From Schizochytrium sp. TIO01 (Eukaryota > Protista > Bigyra: Labyrinthulomycetes): 64,000 bases of DNA. Both the position numbers and the translations under genes were made by a program. Numbering within the stretch: position 1 is the stretch's first letter; each line of letters begins with the position of its first letter. Positions 24,001-37,799 of this stretch are shown here, one piece after another. Location of the stretch: the NCBI GenBank assembly GCA_004764695.1, contig SMSO01000032.1, positions 8,030,483 to 8,094,482 on the forward strand, read 5' to 3'. A model generated the notes under the pieces. That model had not been told where the DNA came from and did no database searches. It worked only from the letters and a program-made list of their open reading frames with translations.

Positions 24001-27000
24001 ACTAACATCATTTCAAAATTAAAATGCTACTCAAGAAAAGCAGAGGTACTGACACAGAAACAACAAACAGACAGACTCACAGACTCACAGACTGACGCAG
24101 AAAGAGGGAGGGGGACAGAAGGGCACGAGGCCCTCTAAAGCAGCTGCTGACTGTATGGCTGACTGACTGACTGACTGACTGACTAACAGATAATTGATTG
24201 ACTCATTGCTGAGCTCCCTCTAAGACAGACGAAGTCAGTACTAGGAGAGACAGCGACGACTTCGAGTTGGTAGGAGGTGCTTAAGCACTGCTATGCAAAC
24301 TTCAAGATTTCGACTTCTATGGATCTGCTAGGCTCGCATAGAAGCTTAGTTTCTTTGAAGGTGCTCGTCCTACCGGGCGGCTATTGACTCCTACGTATCT
24401 ATTCTTACTTACTTGTTGTTTACCTACTTGTTCAATCGATTTAGTTAGTTAGGTAGTTCTTAGACATTTTACATTGGAGCAGTTTCGAATGAAGTCGAGA
24501 CAGCCATTGATTACTTGTTTCCAGGAAAACCCTTCGTGAGTGAAATTAACTCTGCACAAAATACTCGTGAGCCGCGGGATGCTGATAATTTGTGCCTCAC
24601 AAAGGCGCGATTCAATTTGTAGAAACGTATAATGAGACATTATGAGCTTCTCCATCACATTTCCAAGCATCCTCATGTTCTGCCCAAAACCGGTGCCTGG
24701 TTAGAACCTAGTTAGACACTACTATGGGCCTACCTCTAGTTAGCCACCTCCCTACAGTGTTCTGCCTTGAAATCTCAATCCTACCAATAGTAACGCAAAA
24801 CGGAACGCATAAACCATCTAACAGGGGCTAGAGTAGGTACAGCTCTATTCTGTCCCACTGAGGCTTTGTCTTAATGTTTTGGTAGTCAGAGGATTAGTAG
24901 CTGGGGAAGGAGGAGTTGCCTGAGGGGAGCAGCTGGTTTGTTGGGTTTTTTCGATTTGCAGTCTGCGTCTGTGCGTTGCTACAAGTCGCAGGTAAGGTAT
25001 GTTAGTGTGGAACTTTTTCTTACGAAGAACTTGAGACGGCCGTGGAAACAACGAGTTCCAAGCACCACTCCAAGTTCTAATACTGCTTAGTGGCGCTGTT
25101 GTTTGTCCGAAGAAGCGCAGTGTTGCGATCAGAAATGCGTTCCCAGAGCTTAAGGAGCGCCTGAAGATCAATCAGCACTTGCGCGAACATTTTTCAAAAA
25201 GTTTCAAAGATGAGCTCTCTCACTCTGGGAAAAAGGGAGGTAGGTAGGTAGGTTAAAGATTTTAATAATTGATTACTTTTAGTATAATAATGAATTATTT
25301 ATGCATATTTTCGATATGTTGGGTGAAGAATTCATTCATCGATATTGGAATGATTTGTGGACGGGACTGCCGCAATCGAAACTGAGAAAGAGGAGACTGC
25401 GCCTGAAGATCATACGCTGGCTTCTCCATAGATCGTCAATAGGAACATAAGTTTCTTAGCTTCTTTGTGGTCGCTCGCTTCAACTTAGCTTGTGCGGCGA
25501 CTCATAGATAGATAGAGACCGATAGTACTCTTAAAAAGTTTATGCTCGATGACACTAATTAACTGCATGATAGTTTTCATTTGGAAATAGTCACTCGTTT
25601 ATATGATGGAAATATGATAAACTAATTATTTTTAGTTAGTGTTGTACTTTATTTTTAATCAATTATTTTAAAAGAAAAAAAAGAAATAGAAAAGAATCTT
25701 GATTCCGTTCGTTCGTTCGTTCGTTCGTTCGTTCGAGTGTTTATTGATTTATTCTTCAGTGGAAACGGGATACATCCCAGAATGAGCAAGCAGATAGGTC
25801 CCTCGATTACCTGATATATTCCATCCTGTGTGGACTGATTGCCACACAGACGCATGGATGGCATGGCTTCCGAACTTGTCCGCATCCGGCCGTCTCCTGG
25901 GAGGGAGGGAGGTCTAAGCCGCTCACGCGCCCGATTTCAGGTCTTCGCTGTCTCCTCAATCTAATCTCATTCTTCGATAATAGAAAGCAAGCAAGTCGTT
26001 TTACAACTAATTAATCAATTAATTAAAATTGGTTCATCAAATAAAATAAATATATAAATAAATAAATTCATTCCTTCATTAGTTGTTTGTTTATTTGTTT
26101 GTTTATTTGTTTATTTGTTTGTATGTAGTAAGAAAGTAAGAAAGTAAGTAAAAACTTATCTTCAAAAGCCCTGGAACTAGCAAAAAAGAAAGCACGAGCC
26201 ATCTTTGGCCTGAGCGAGCGCAAGTACGTGTCGCTCTTTCAAGAAAGCTGCACCTCGACTTTCAAAGAGAAAGAGACAGCCACCCAGCAAGCCGGCCGTC
26301 CGAGCGGCTTCAGGCAGAGATCCCCCGAGTTCGCAGCCCACGCGCTGCGAAGCGAGAAAAGCAGCTTCCAGGGTCGCCCTGGAGATTTATTTTCCCATAG
26401 GGCCACCACGCCTTTAGAAACATGTATATCTATATTTTTAATTTTTTTTAATTTAAAAAAAAAAAAAGTCACCACAGCACTAATTTAGAGAAGAAAGACC
26501 TCTTTTGAGATCGCTTTCGCACAAGAACAGAATTTCTGATCATCGTGAATGCCGATGATGAATGAATGAATGAATGAATGAATGAATGCGCTGCGTCTTC
26601 GAGAGATATGCGTGAGCATCGACTTCGAGAAGACAACCTTGAGGAAAGGTCGCCTGTCGCGAACTCAGCTCTGCCCGCTGCTCGTTAAATTGATTGCAGC
26701 GCTGCTGCTGAAGAGCTTGGCTTGTCCTGGATCTCCGGTTCTCAGGAGGAACTCGAAGCAAGCCAAAGCCTTCGAAGACGATCGACGCTTTGGTCCTGCG
26801 AGGCTTCTCCTTCGCTCTGCGTGCTCAGCGCCAGAGCCTTCGAAGACGCGACAGGCGAAGAGACAAAGAGACCAGAGACAGGCAGCCAATCGAATCAAAT
26901 CGAGACAGCCCGCGATGGCATTTCGAAGTAATTCACTCGTTCACTCGTTCACTCATTCATTCATTCATTCATGGACCCATCCATGCATGCATGCATGCAT

Positions 27001-27400
27001 CCATCTCGAAAGCATTCGCTCCCTGCGCGATAATTTGATGATTGCTTGCGTGCGACAGTCGTTCGTTCCTCCATTCACGCTGCAGGCCAGCAGACTGGAG
27101 AGGGAGGACGCACGCCTGGTCCTGCTCGGTTGTTGCGATGCTCGCGGGAGTTTCACCTGAATGGATTGCGCTCTCGCCTTTGAGGTTCTCGTGAGCGAGC
27201 GAGCGAGTGGTGAGACAAGCGCCAAAATCTAGAGCCCCCGCTCGCCCTGCCGAGAGGACAGCGCCTCTGCTGGCACCGCCCGCTAACAGACAGACAGAGA
27301 GACAGACGGAGTCTCTGGTCAGTTACAAGCAACTTCTTCGAAGAAGCAGCTGATGCTCAGTCTGCATGCCTGCCTGCTTCTCGTCCTCCTCGCCGCCAAA

Positions 27401-27401
<1 letters not shown>

Positions 27402-27441
<40 letters not shown>
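27402..27441. repeat. (CTG)13 microsatellite
   Basis: Perfect trinucleotide run in apparently non-coding DNA. Confidence 0.9.
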
Positions 27442-28222
27442 GAAGGATTCATTCGTGGTGGAAGAACGAGCCGAAGGAATGAATGAATGGATGGATGGAT
27501 GGATGAATGAATGAATGTTGGCGGCGATCATGACGCCCGTACAGCAGAGAAGAAGACAGCGCGAAGGTGTCCGAAGAGTTTAGTACTGAGTTTCTTTCTT
27601 TCAAGAAGCAAGCACTCTGGAGGAGGAGGAAGCAAGTGCGCGAGGGCTTCTGGAGACAGCACGACATGAGGAAGAAACTCAGACAGGCGAGCCACAAGGC
27701 CGTTTATGAGGTTGGTAGTTCTCCTGAGAAACTCAAGTCATCCGTGGACGCCTCTCTAAACGATCAGAGTTGATTGATGATCGATGATCGATGATCTACT
27801 CGTCAATGGTGGCGTTTGGTAAGCTGGTCTTCAAGGGCGTCGCCAACTCCAGCCAGCCAGCGCCAGTTCTTGGCGATGGAGATGACGACGCGAGCATGTG
27901 CTCTTCTTGCTGGGTGTAAATCTTGAACGAACTGGAGTCGTTCGAGCGAAAGCTGACCTGCGGCAAGCCTAGCCAGCGAGGGCGGATGGATGGATGGATG
28001 TATGTCGAGAGCTGATCGATCGATCGCCGCTCGCTCGCCAAAGCAAGCTCTTTTGGAGCTGGAGTTATGACCAGAAAGCCCTCGCGAACGTTCAGCCGCG
28101 CGAGGAAGGAAGACTTAGTTGAAGTTTGCAGCTCGGCTGATCCGGCAGACCGGACGGAGGCGGCTCGTCCGACGGGAGCCCGGGCTAGCAGGCAGGAAAC
28201 TAACGAATTTCAACAAGTTGGT

Positions 28223-28260
28223 GAGTGAGTGAGTGAGTGAGTGAGTGAGTGAGTGAGTGA
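28223..28260. repeat. (GAGT)n microsatellite
   Basis: About 9 perfect units seen directly. Confidence 0.9.
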
Positions 28261-31200
28261 ATGAGCGGCATGGAGGTCGAGCTGTCCCCACCAATTCTCT
28301 TCCTGCTTTGTCGTAGTAAACGCAGCAAGAAAACTTTGAGTGGCAGGCAGCAACAGACACTGGGCGAGTGGGTGTGAGCGGGTGTGAGCGTGATTCACAT
28401 GAAGCAACTAACTGCACAGCGTTTCATCTGCATTCGGCCTTCACGGCTTGAAGCGAAGAAGAAGTAGCTATAGTGTATGCAAAAGGTTGCTCATTCGTTC
28501 CATTCGAAGCCATTTGAAAGACTATTACCGGTTCTAATGTGAGGCCATTGATAGCAGAGTATCCTAGTTTGTAGAGTATTCTAGTAGGTAGGTACCTGCT
28601 CTCTCTATCTAGAGTTGGAAAAAAATAAAACATTATTATAAAGTCTCATGATAATATTTTAATTGCTTTTTTGTTTACTTTTTCTATAACTGAAAGCGAG
28701 CAAAGAACGAGGGACACAAGCGCGCTGGACCGACATAAAGTTTAATTCACGAAAACAAAAGATTTGGCGTTACAAAGGTGAATTAAACTTTATTGTTATG
28801 TGCTGCGTGTTTCCATGTCGCGTCTTAGATTTTCTAACTGCCTTACGAAGGTTTGCTGACGGAGGACTTGATGTGATGTGTGTACATGACATCGTGGAAA
28901 TCTAACATGTAAGTTCTTGCTTAACATGTAAGTTCTCGCTTCCAGGTTTTATAATGGAAATTTGCACAAGAGGTTCGCTTTTGGACGGCAGTTGCCTGAG
29001 GTGCCTCGATACTGCAAACATTTTCCTACTACTATGTCAGTCAGTGAGAAAGTAAGTAAGTAAGTAGGTAAGTCGATCGGTCGGTCGGTGGGTCAGTGGG
29101 TTGTAATCAATTGATTTTATCTATTTAAAAAAATTGTTTGGGTATGACATCAGTGCCACTGCCTTCAATCAAATTTAATTCAAGCAGTTTGTTTGATATT
29201 CTTCAACTATATCTTCTCCATCCCGTGGGACTTTCCTCATTGCACGCACTGATCACACCCGGAAATGCTTTCTTGGAATTGCATTCCCAACCAACTTGAA
29301 GATACACATTTATACACACATGCATATTGATAGACATTATTCCTGAGTCATTTTCATGTCGATGGATAGATGAGAACTGCGCATACCCTTTGATGCTCCT
29401 CCTCCTCCTCCTCCTCTGCGTGGTAGGTACTTCCTCTGGCGAGTTCTTTTAATCCACCCTTTTCAATGCAAGTTCAACAGGTTCATTCCTAGGCCACCCA
29501 GTGAGATTCTCCTAGCCTTGCCCCCTTCTAAGACATCTTTGTTACTGTTTGTTTGTTCACGTATGTACAAAGTGCTTCTACAAGTGAGGGATGATGAAGA
29601 AAAGGTGACTTCCTCTTCGTGATTTCGATAGACCCATTGAAACAGCTCGAAAAGCAAATGCAAGGTGGGGAGCGGTTGGGTATGGGCGCCTCGCTGGACC
29701 AGACTGGGGCAGTTCAGACAGAACACCCCATTTAGCTGCAAGGTGAGACAAAAGCACCGCCTTCCTCCGGTTCCGGCACCAGTGAAGAGCAGTGTCGCGT
29801 CCCGTCAATCAATGCATGCACCAATGAATGATTATAGCTTCGATGATCAAGAAATCGAGCAATGAATGATTCATTGCGAATGTTGCTTGAATGAAAGACT
29901 GAAGAGGACGAATTATGACCATAAAAGAATAATGTCCACTGACTCATAGGCGTATTGGGAACCGAACAAATGATTTAAAAAAAAGAAAATAGGTTTTTAA
30001 AAGTTTTTTGAATTAAAATTTAAATATTTAATATGAAAAAGTAAAATAGGGTAGAACTTGCAAGATTTATATATTTTACATATTTTTAAAATATTATATA
30101 TATTTTTAACAAATTAAACTATCCAACGATTCTATCTCTTCCCAATATAAAAGAATCATATTTGTTTTTAAACAACGTACTTTAAAAAGTAATATTCGAT
30201 TTAATTTAAAAATAAATATAAACTTCAGATACGTACTAGAAATAATAGCAGGCTGTTCAGAATTTTTCACTGGAGTAGTATTATCTATTCTAGACAACCG
30301 GAGACAAACAGAAAAGCAGAACAATAACTAGACAGCTTGCTGCCCGCCAGCTGGCCAGTCCAGACAAGAAGAACGTACACTCTAGATAGCGAGCCATTAC
30401 TGCCACGGGAAAGACCGTCTCGCTAGCCAGACATACATATACACATCTAAAACCAACCATCCCTCTCTCTATTGCCACACTGCGCGGCACGTGGAAACGC
30501 GCCTTCTTCTGTTTCTTTCACTAAATATTCTTTTATGTATTTTAAAATAAATAAATAAATAAATAAAAATAAGTATCCCGCCCACTGAAAATCACATCTC
30601 GGAATTTATATACTTGGTATGTTGATTTCAAATATTTAAACAATAACTATTGGTTTCTTTTGTCTTATTAGGCATCCTTGAACAAAATATAATTGGCTTA
30701 GTCCGTTTTTTATAAATATGTTTTGTTTCCAAAACAAAGAATATATATAATTGTTTATTTAATATAAATAAATATATAATCTATACCTTCTAAACACCAC
30801 CACTAATAAAAATAAAAATAATCAGTATATCGTTTAAACACTATCAATACTCACAAAAATAATATAGCTTTTTAACACTAACAACAATAAAAAACAATCA
30901 CTATATATCTGAAACACTAACAATATTTATAAACATACTGATCAAAGGAAAGGAGCCTAAAGAGGAAGTACCTCATGCATTCGAAATATTTCAAAATGAA
31001 TAAATAAACTTAAAATAAAACAGACAGACTTGGAGAGAGACCACGAGAGTGGAAGAGGGGGAAAAAGAGAAATGATCACTGTTATGGACAGTTTTCTATA
31101 GTCCCCTGTGGCAGTAGGGTATCGCAGGTGAGCAGAAGAGAGGAAAGGGTGAGACAGAAGCGCTTTCTTATGCATGAGGGATAGAGAGAGTAAAGAGAAG

Positions 31201-34085
31201 CTCGACGAAGAAACTTGAAGTCACACCATAGTGACAATAGATCGAACTGGAGCGAGATACTTCATATGCAACGCAAGATCAAAGTAGACGGTATTTATAT
31301 AGATATAGATTATATTATCGAGCTATTCCTGTGACTTTATTTGTCAAATGGAAACTCGCCATCTAGAAAAGGAATTTTTCGATATTTGCCATGTAATGCC
31401 GTGAAACACTTGCTTCTCCGTATTGCCTTGTTTTTCGAAGCGCTGCGCGAATCCATCTTCGAGACGAAAGAATTACATAGGTACCTCCAGCGCAAAACGT
31501 CTGGTGCAAGCTCACAGGCGGGACCTTGGCATGATGGCGAAGCACAAGTAACGGGCAGAAGGCACCCGAGGACAAGCTGGATAGCTTGTGCGGAGCAGGT
31601 CGGCGTGAACGGTCCTGTCCCGCGAGACGTTGAGCAGAGAGAAAGTTGGCAACAGCTAGCAATTTGCGATGCAGTAGGTGCTGCTTCTTTCAAAGCAATA
31701 ACATTGAAGAAAATCATGTGTTTGTTGATATACGGCAGAGCAATGCCAAAGTTATTTGGTTCAAAAGAGTAGTTTTATGATTCGTTTGCATCGCTTTATC
31801 AAATCCTATTGTATTTTAATTCTGAAGAGTTAATTCTTTACTTGTAGTGAGGTACTGTAATCTTATTAGCAACTGGTAGGGAGGCCTTAGCGTACTTGAG
31901 TACTACACTTTTCATTTAAACTAAGATAAAACAATCTGCGAGCGACGGTCCTTCTCTCGCGGCACGTTTTCGCTTCTCTCCGCGGTTTCAGGCGCGCGAC
32001 GTTTTCCTCGCGGTGGCGCAAAGCTGCAGCTTTTTATGCTGCCACCGTCGCCGCCTCGAGCGCCTTCGGTGCCTGCTCGCATCCAATCGGAACTCTCGGA
32101 GGCTTGCGCAGCAACCAACAAACAGGAGCGGCACGGCAAGCTTTCGCCCGAACTCCGGAGCAGCGCCCTCCTTAAAAAGTCTATTTTCAAAATGATTACC
32201 TGAAAGAAAAGGAACACCGAAAGTACTACCATCACCGCTACTACTACTACTACTACTAGTAGTAGTGGCGATAACAATAGTAATAATAATGATAATAATA
32301 TTATTATTAGATCAATAGCCACCCCTAGGCGTTCCGTTTTAATTTCAGGAGAACACCCGTCGCTGTTTTTTAATTCCGCCTCTCAACCGACCTTTAAAGG
32401 CTCTCTGCGGAAGGGGAAGGATTCCAACTCCCCAAGTAGGGGTCAGCTAGGCGATAGTAGGGCTCGGGGAGCAAGCGAGAACGAGAGAAAATCGTGCTTG
32501 AGTGGAGATTGCAGAAGAGAGAGTCTGAAGAAGGGGGCGAAACAGACTTCAAGAGAGCTGAGACCAGCGAGTAGCAAGCAGGGCCCGAGGCTGTCCAGGA
32601 TGATACCATCCCTCCGGCAGGTCATCGGCAGGGGCCTGGAATGTGCAGCAGGGACGATTTGATTGCGGCTTTCTTGGCCTTTTCGAGCGATCCGTCGATT
32701 CGCATTCGCAGCTTTCGTTTTCCATGTGCTGGTTTGCAGTAGCATCGGTCTATGTGATACTTCTAGCACTCGGTTTTTAAAAATAATATATCGCTGTTTT
32801 CTCGCGTGGCGAATGTAAATACACTTACATCGTTATAGAAGGAGCGAGCTTTCGAGCGCAATGCTTTACAAGCGCAGCGATGCCGGCGCGCTTGAAGCCC
32901 TCCGCTGCGTGCAGAAGGCTTCGGAGCCGTCGCATATGCATGGACACATATATAAACATATAAATATTTATGTGTAACCAACTTTGCGAGGATTCTCCGA
33001 AGATGTGGACGTCTTCGATTCTCACGCGCCGCATCGAAATTGTACTACGATGATGTTGGACTGCTGCGATTCTATATTATGAGCGATTGCTTGCTACCAT
33101 GGAATGACCCCCTTCGCGGCATGACATACATTTATAGATTATCTACATACATACATATACACGCACGTTCGTACATACGCATTCACTCCTCCGTTTGCTT
33201 GTTTCTTCTGATGGCTGTGGATGATGATGATGCTGTGCTCGCTGTGCCTGAGTTGTGTGCTGTCTATCCATCAGCAGAGATCAAAGCGCAGAGCAGAGTC
33301 TTGCGGGTTAGTTCAAGAGGCGGAGGTCACTTCGCTTGTAGCTTGCTTGCTTGCTTGCTTGCTGCTTGCTGCTTGGTGTGGACGAGGACCTGGAGGTCGC
33401 AGAGGGACAGCAGAGGGCGGCGAGAGTGGAGTCCAACAGCGGGACTTTCTTTGAAGGACTCGCTCCACGGCTCTGCCGTCGTGCGAAGAATGCACATGCA
33501 GCTCGTGGATGGAGGATGGACTCTAACTAAACTGCGCTGCAGTCAGTGCAGGCTGCATTGCTTGGAGCGAGCATTAACCAGGAAAGAGCTTGTTTGATTG
33601 ACCGCAATGCTCACAACGATAATTATGTCGCGACGCTGAGAGAGATTGATTGCTTCTCCGTTGCACAAGCTTCCTTTATTTTTCTGTTATTGTGCCTGAC
33701 TGTTTAGTATTATGTTCATCCTGAACCAAAATGACTCTGCTGTTTCCGCGATGGCGATTTCTATTTTCTTTCGAGTTTCTTTCTTTTCTTAATGTTTTCA
33801 TAAGTAAGTATGAAGTTAAAGGGAAATAAAATAGTTTTAGTCACACCCAAATGAAACTAACACAAATGGATAAAGCGCTTAGTCGTCATTCATCCTTCAT
33901 CCATGCATGCATTCATCATTCGATCAGATCTCTCGAGCTCGCGATGCTATTCCAATCTGAGGCATTGCGGAGCGCGTGAACCCGTCGGTGCTGCCAGAAA
34001 TTGCACGGCCTCTGCCCCTCCTGCGATCTCAGGGAAGAGCTAGTTATTTCACTCGTGCCTAGGGGGCCTGAGGAGCTAGCTAGCT

Positions 34086-34143
<58 letters not shown>

Positions 34144-34308
34144 CAAACAAACAAACAAACAAACAAACAAACAAACAAACAAACAAACAAACAAACAAAC
34201 AAACAAACAAACAAACAAACAAACAAACAAACAAACAAACAAACAAACAAACAAACAAACAAACAAACAAACAAACAAACAAACAAACAAACAAACAAAC
34301 AAACAAAC
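34086..34308. repeat. Compound microsatellite: (AAGAAACAAAGA)~4 followed by (AAAC)~43
   Basis: Seen directly; it produces the spurious CLFV ORFs. Confidence 0.97.
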
Positions 34309-34697
34309 TTGCTCCTTTCAGAGACAGACAGTTGTCGGTCAATCATTCGCCTCTGCGAAGAAAGACACACACACGCACGGATAAACAGACAGACGACAGC
34401 AGCAGCACCACGTGCAGCATCTTGATATCTTGATCTTGCTTGCTTGTACCTTTGTGATGATACCCATAGACCAATCCTGGCAGCGCAAAGAAAGCAAGCA
34501 AGCAAGCAAGCAAGCAAACACCTCAACGATAGGCGAGGAGCTTGTTGACTTGTTTGAAGAAGGAGAGCAAGTTGGCCACGAGGCAAATGCGTTTGCAATT
34601 GTAATGCATGCCTTCAAGGGAACGAATGAGTGAATGAATTAGTTGTGTGGCATGTCTTCTAATAAGCGCTTTATGCGAGAAAGCAAGTAAGTGAGAA

Positions 34698-34720
34698 GGA
34701 AAGAAAGAAAGAAAGCAAGT

Positions 34721-34776
<56 letters not shown>

Positions 34777-34795
34777 AGGAAAGAAAGAAAGAAAG
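34698..34795. repeat. Imperfect (AAAG)n microsatellite
   Basis: Seen directly. Confidence 0.9.
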
Positions 34796-37462
34796 CAAGT
34801 AAGTGTCTCTCTGCACAGCTACAGAATAGAGCAAGTGGAGGATAACAAGATCTGTTTGGGGTTTTGCTAATATTTCAGCTGTGCGTGAATAACAATGCAG
34901 ACTAAAACACCACGAACATAGCTGATTTCGAGTCGTTGGTCTATTCGAGAGGGTCTGTATGCTGTCTTGGTCTAAATTATCCTGCGCTTCCGAATTTGCT
35001 TTCTTTCTGCTTGCTTGCTCGCTCGAAATGTTGACCTTGTTTTGTTTTTCCCAACCCTTGCATGAGTGAAAATTCTTCCTTTGAAACGATGCTTTTCCTA
35101 CTCGCACTCCTACAGTAAGCTATAGCGGTGGGCCGGGAGGCCCTCCCTCTCGTTTTCTTTTATGCTGTCGATGATAGAAATAAGAAGGGAAGTTTGAAAG
35201 AAGGAACATGGAGAAACAACAAAGCAAGGAAGAGAAAGGAAGCAAAAGCGCGGAAGTGCCTTCATTCGCATTGATCTTCAACTTTGGTTTATGATAAACT
35301 AAAAAGCAAACCTTTTGACCAAGAGTGTTTTTTTGTTTTGTTTTTTAAATAAATTACATTAAATTAAGATAAACAAAAAGGTTCTATTGTACTTTGTACT
35401 TTCTCATAAAAGTAATAAAAACATCGATATAACATTGTAACAACTGTTGGCAAAGTTTTCTTTTCTCGCATCAAAGTTGGAAAATTGCGGAACACATGCG
35501 GAGAAAACCTGAAAACCCCCTACGTTTTGCTATTTGCTGGGCGCGCCGCGCGTGGCGAAGGAGATACCAGTTGCAACGCCACCCTCCAGCAGCTTTAGCT
35601 GATTTATTATATATTTCAGAGGACCGAAGAAAACTTACCACTGCAGGCGCTGGCGAGGTTAATCAACAGAGGCTTCGCTCAAGTGATTCCCACTTTCTAT
35701 TCTTTTCTTTTTCTCCCCCTTTTACCTCACAAATAAACAAACAAAAATATGAATATGTATAAATAAAGATAGACCGAACCAACTTCTGAGAGAATCGAAT
35801 CAGCGAAGAATCAATTTTATAAACAGAAATGTAGAATCAAGTAAAAGGATCAATTCTTCTATTCTTGCAATACTCATACGCTTTCCTTTTCTTATATCAA
35901 AAAAAGGCAGTCAAAGAAAGCGCGCTAGTCAGTCCAGGGACCAAAGGGAAGCAAGAATGCTCATGCCCAAAGTTGTTTTGTGAAAATCAGAAGAATTGCG
36001 CATTAATTTCACAACTTAGTTTTCAAGCTCAAACTAATCAGTTTCCTACTTTCAAATCGCTAGCGATGGTGCTGCTCTTTTGCTTGCATTCAACATACAA
36101 AGGAATCGCAAGCAAGTTTTGTTTACTTTTGGTTTATTTCCTCTTTCGCAGGTTCTTTGTTATGTACACCCAACAACCATAATGAAGTAAGAAAGAATTC
36201 ATTTCAATTAAAAAACATATTGCGAGTCAACAATCGTTTAATTCTTCTCCTTTCTTTCTTTCCAAAATAAAATCAAACAATAACAAACGAGAGCAACTTT
36301 CCTTTTATAATAATACTAACAAAACCAAAACCAAAATCAAAATCATTATTTTTATTTTTTATTTTTTATTGAATTCACATACTTGGGCAAAAAGGAAGTC
36401 GAGATAACCTATTAAAGGGAACTTCCTTCTTTTTCATTCTCTTTCCAATAATTCAATTTCCTCAGGCATCAAGAAGAATGTTAAAATAAAACGAGAGGAA
36501 GAATCAAGATGATTAGGAAAATCAGAGCTCCTCGGCACGCGTGAATCGCCCAATGAATTACGAGTGGGGAGAGAGAAAGAAGAAAGAAAGGAAAGCGCGC
36601 CTAGTCTAGTAGGAGAAAAGAAAAGAAAAGAAAAGAAAAGAAGAAAAATCGAAACTATCTAAGCAAAAGGGTATTGAAGAACACGAGCTGTTTCTTACCT
36701 TTCCTATATTATTTACTTTAAAATAAAATAAAGTTCTTTGTTTTATTTAAACAACTAAAAAGAAACAAACAGATAAAAAAGAAGAGGAATAAGTAAACAA
36801 AATGAACGAAACAAAACAATAACTATAGACTCCTCGAGGCGTGCCGCGATCAGCGAGAGGGCAAATCCGTATTGGGTGATTCCGCTCGACCCGCTGTTGC
36901 GCCTGAGACGACTTCTTGTTCTTCTCCTTCTCCTCCAACACTGCGAGGCGAGGAGCGAGACCGAGCGAGGCATCGTCACACCTGCCGGGCCTCGCGACGT
37001 GCAGACAGACTCGAGACGCAGCGGCAGTAGTGGAGAGAAAGCAAAGCCTTCCTCGCTGGGGCTTGCTTGCTTGCTTGTCACTTTTACTACTACTTCCTTT
37101 GTGACTTAGTCCCTTCTTAGGAATTGCATACTTATCAATACATGCATACAGGCATAGAGACATCTATATATATATACACGGGTACAACGAGGAAACACGC
37201 AAAGACTGCCGAGGAGCCGGGCAAAGTCTAAGGAATTTGCTCAGACACTACTGGCAAGGTGAACACTAGCAGCGAGAGCACGAGCCGAGGTAACACCAGA
37301 AGAGAAAAAGTGTATTTTGAGACTTCGTTTGTCGCGAACAATTCAAGTGCAAGTATTTTCTAGTTGGCCTTTTTGCAACTACAGCCTCTCGCAGATTTTC
37401 GCGTAGAGCACGGAAATAACACTGGATCGCTGTTGGCTTATCTATCTACTACTTGGATCAAG

Positions 37463-37755
37463 GTAGGCGCTCTTGTCTCTGGGTTATTGTTGTACACAGA
37501 CAGGGGACCAAAGCGGACGCATAAAAGAATAGAGTTCTGGCCTGGACCAACACAGGTAATCTTTCTGTCTCTAAATCTTGCATTCGCCCACGCACTCTAC
37601 ACAACAAAGGACTTTTCCGACGCTTTAAGTACTCTGTCTTGAATCGTTTGCTGTGTCTCTCCTCTTCTCACAACTGAAACTGAAAATTCTGCCTCGTTGA
37701 GCGAGCTTTAATAAGGCAGACCAATCGATTTGCTAACTGACCCTCACATCTGCAG
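37463..37755 (+). other. Probable 5'-UTR intron of the Myb gene (donor uncertain)
   Basis: Branch-like TGCTAAC at 37731-37737 and acceptor CTGCAG ending at 37755, 44 nt before the ATG. Candidate donors are AG|GTAGGC (37463) and AG|GTAATC (37556). Confidence 0.55.
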
Positions 37756-37799
37756 AAAAGAGGCAAACTATTTTGAGCTTGTCATAATCACAACCCATC

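Noticed and set aside
25157-25412. 14-bp direct repeat gcgcctgaagatca as a target-site duplication
   Set aside because: The intervening ~230 bp shows no terminal inverted repeats or poly(A) tail; a chance match is plausible.
31341-33597. ORFs of 143 aa (31341-31772) and 185 aa (33040-33597) as genes
   Set aside because: TTG starts, no recognisable domain, composition unlike the real genes, and embedded simple repeats in the latter.
34076-35107. ORFs with CLFV, FIHS, SFFL or KERR repeats (also 3387-3795 and 16887-17354)
   Set aside because: Translations of stop-free micro- and minisatellites.
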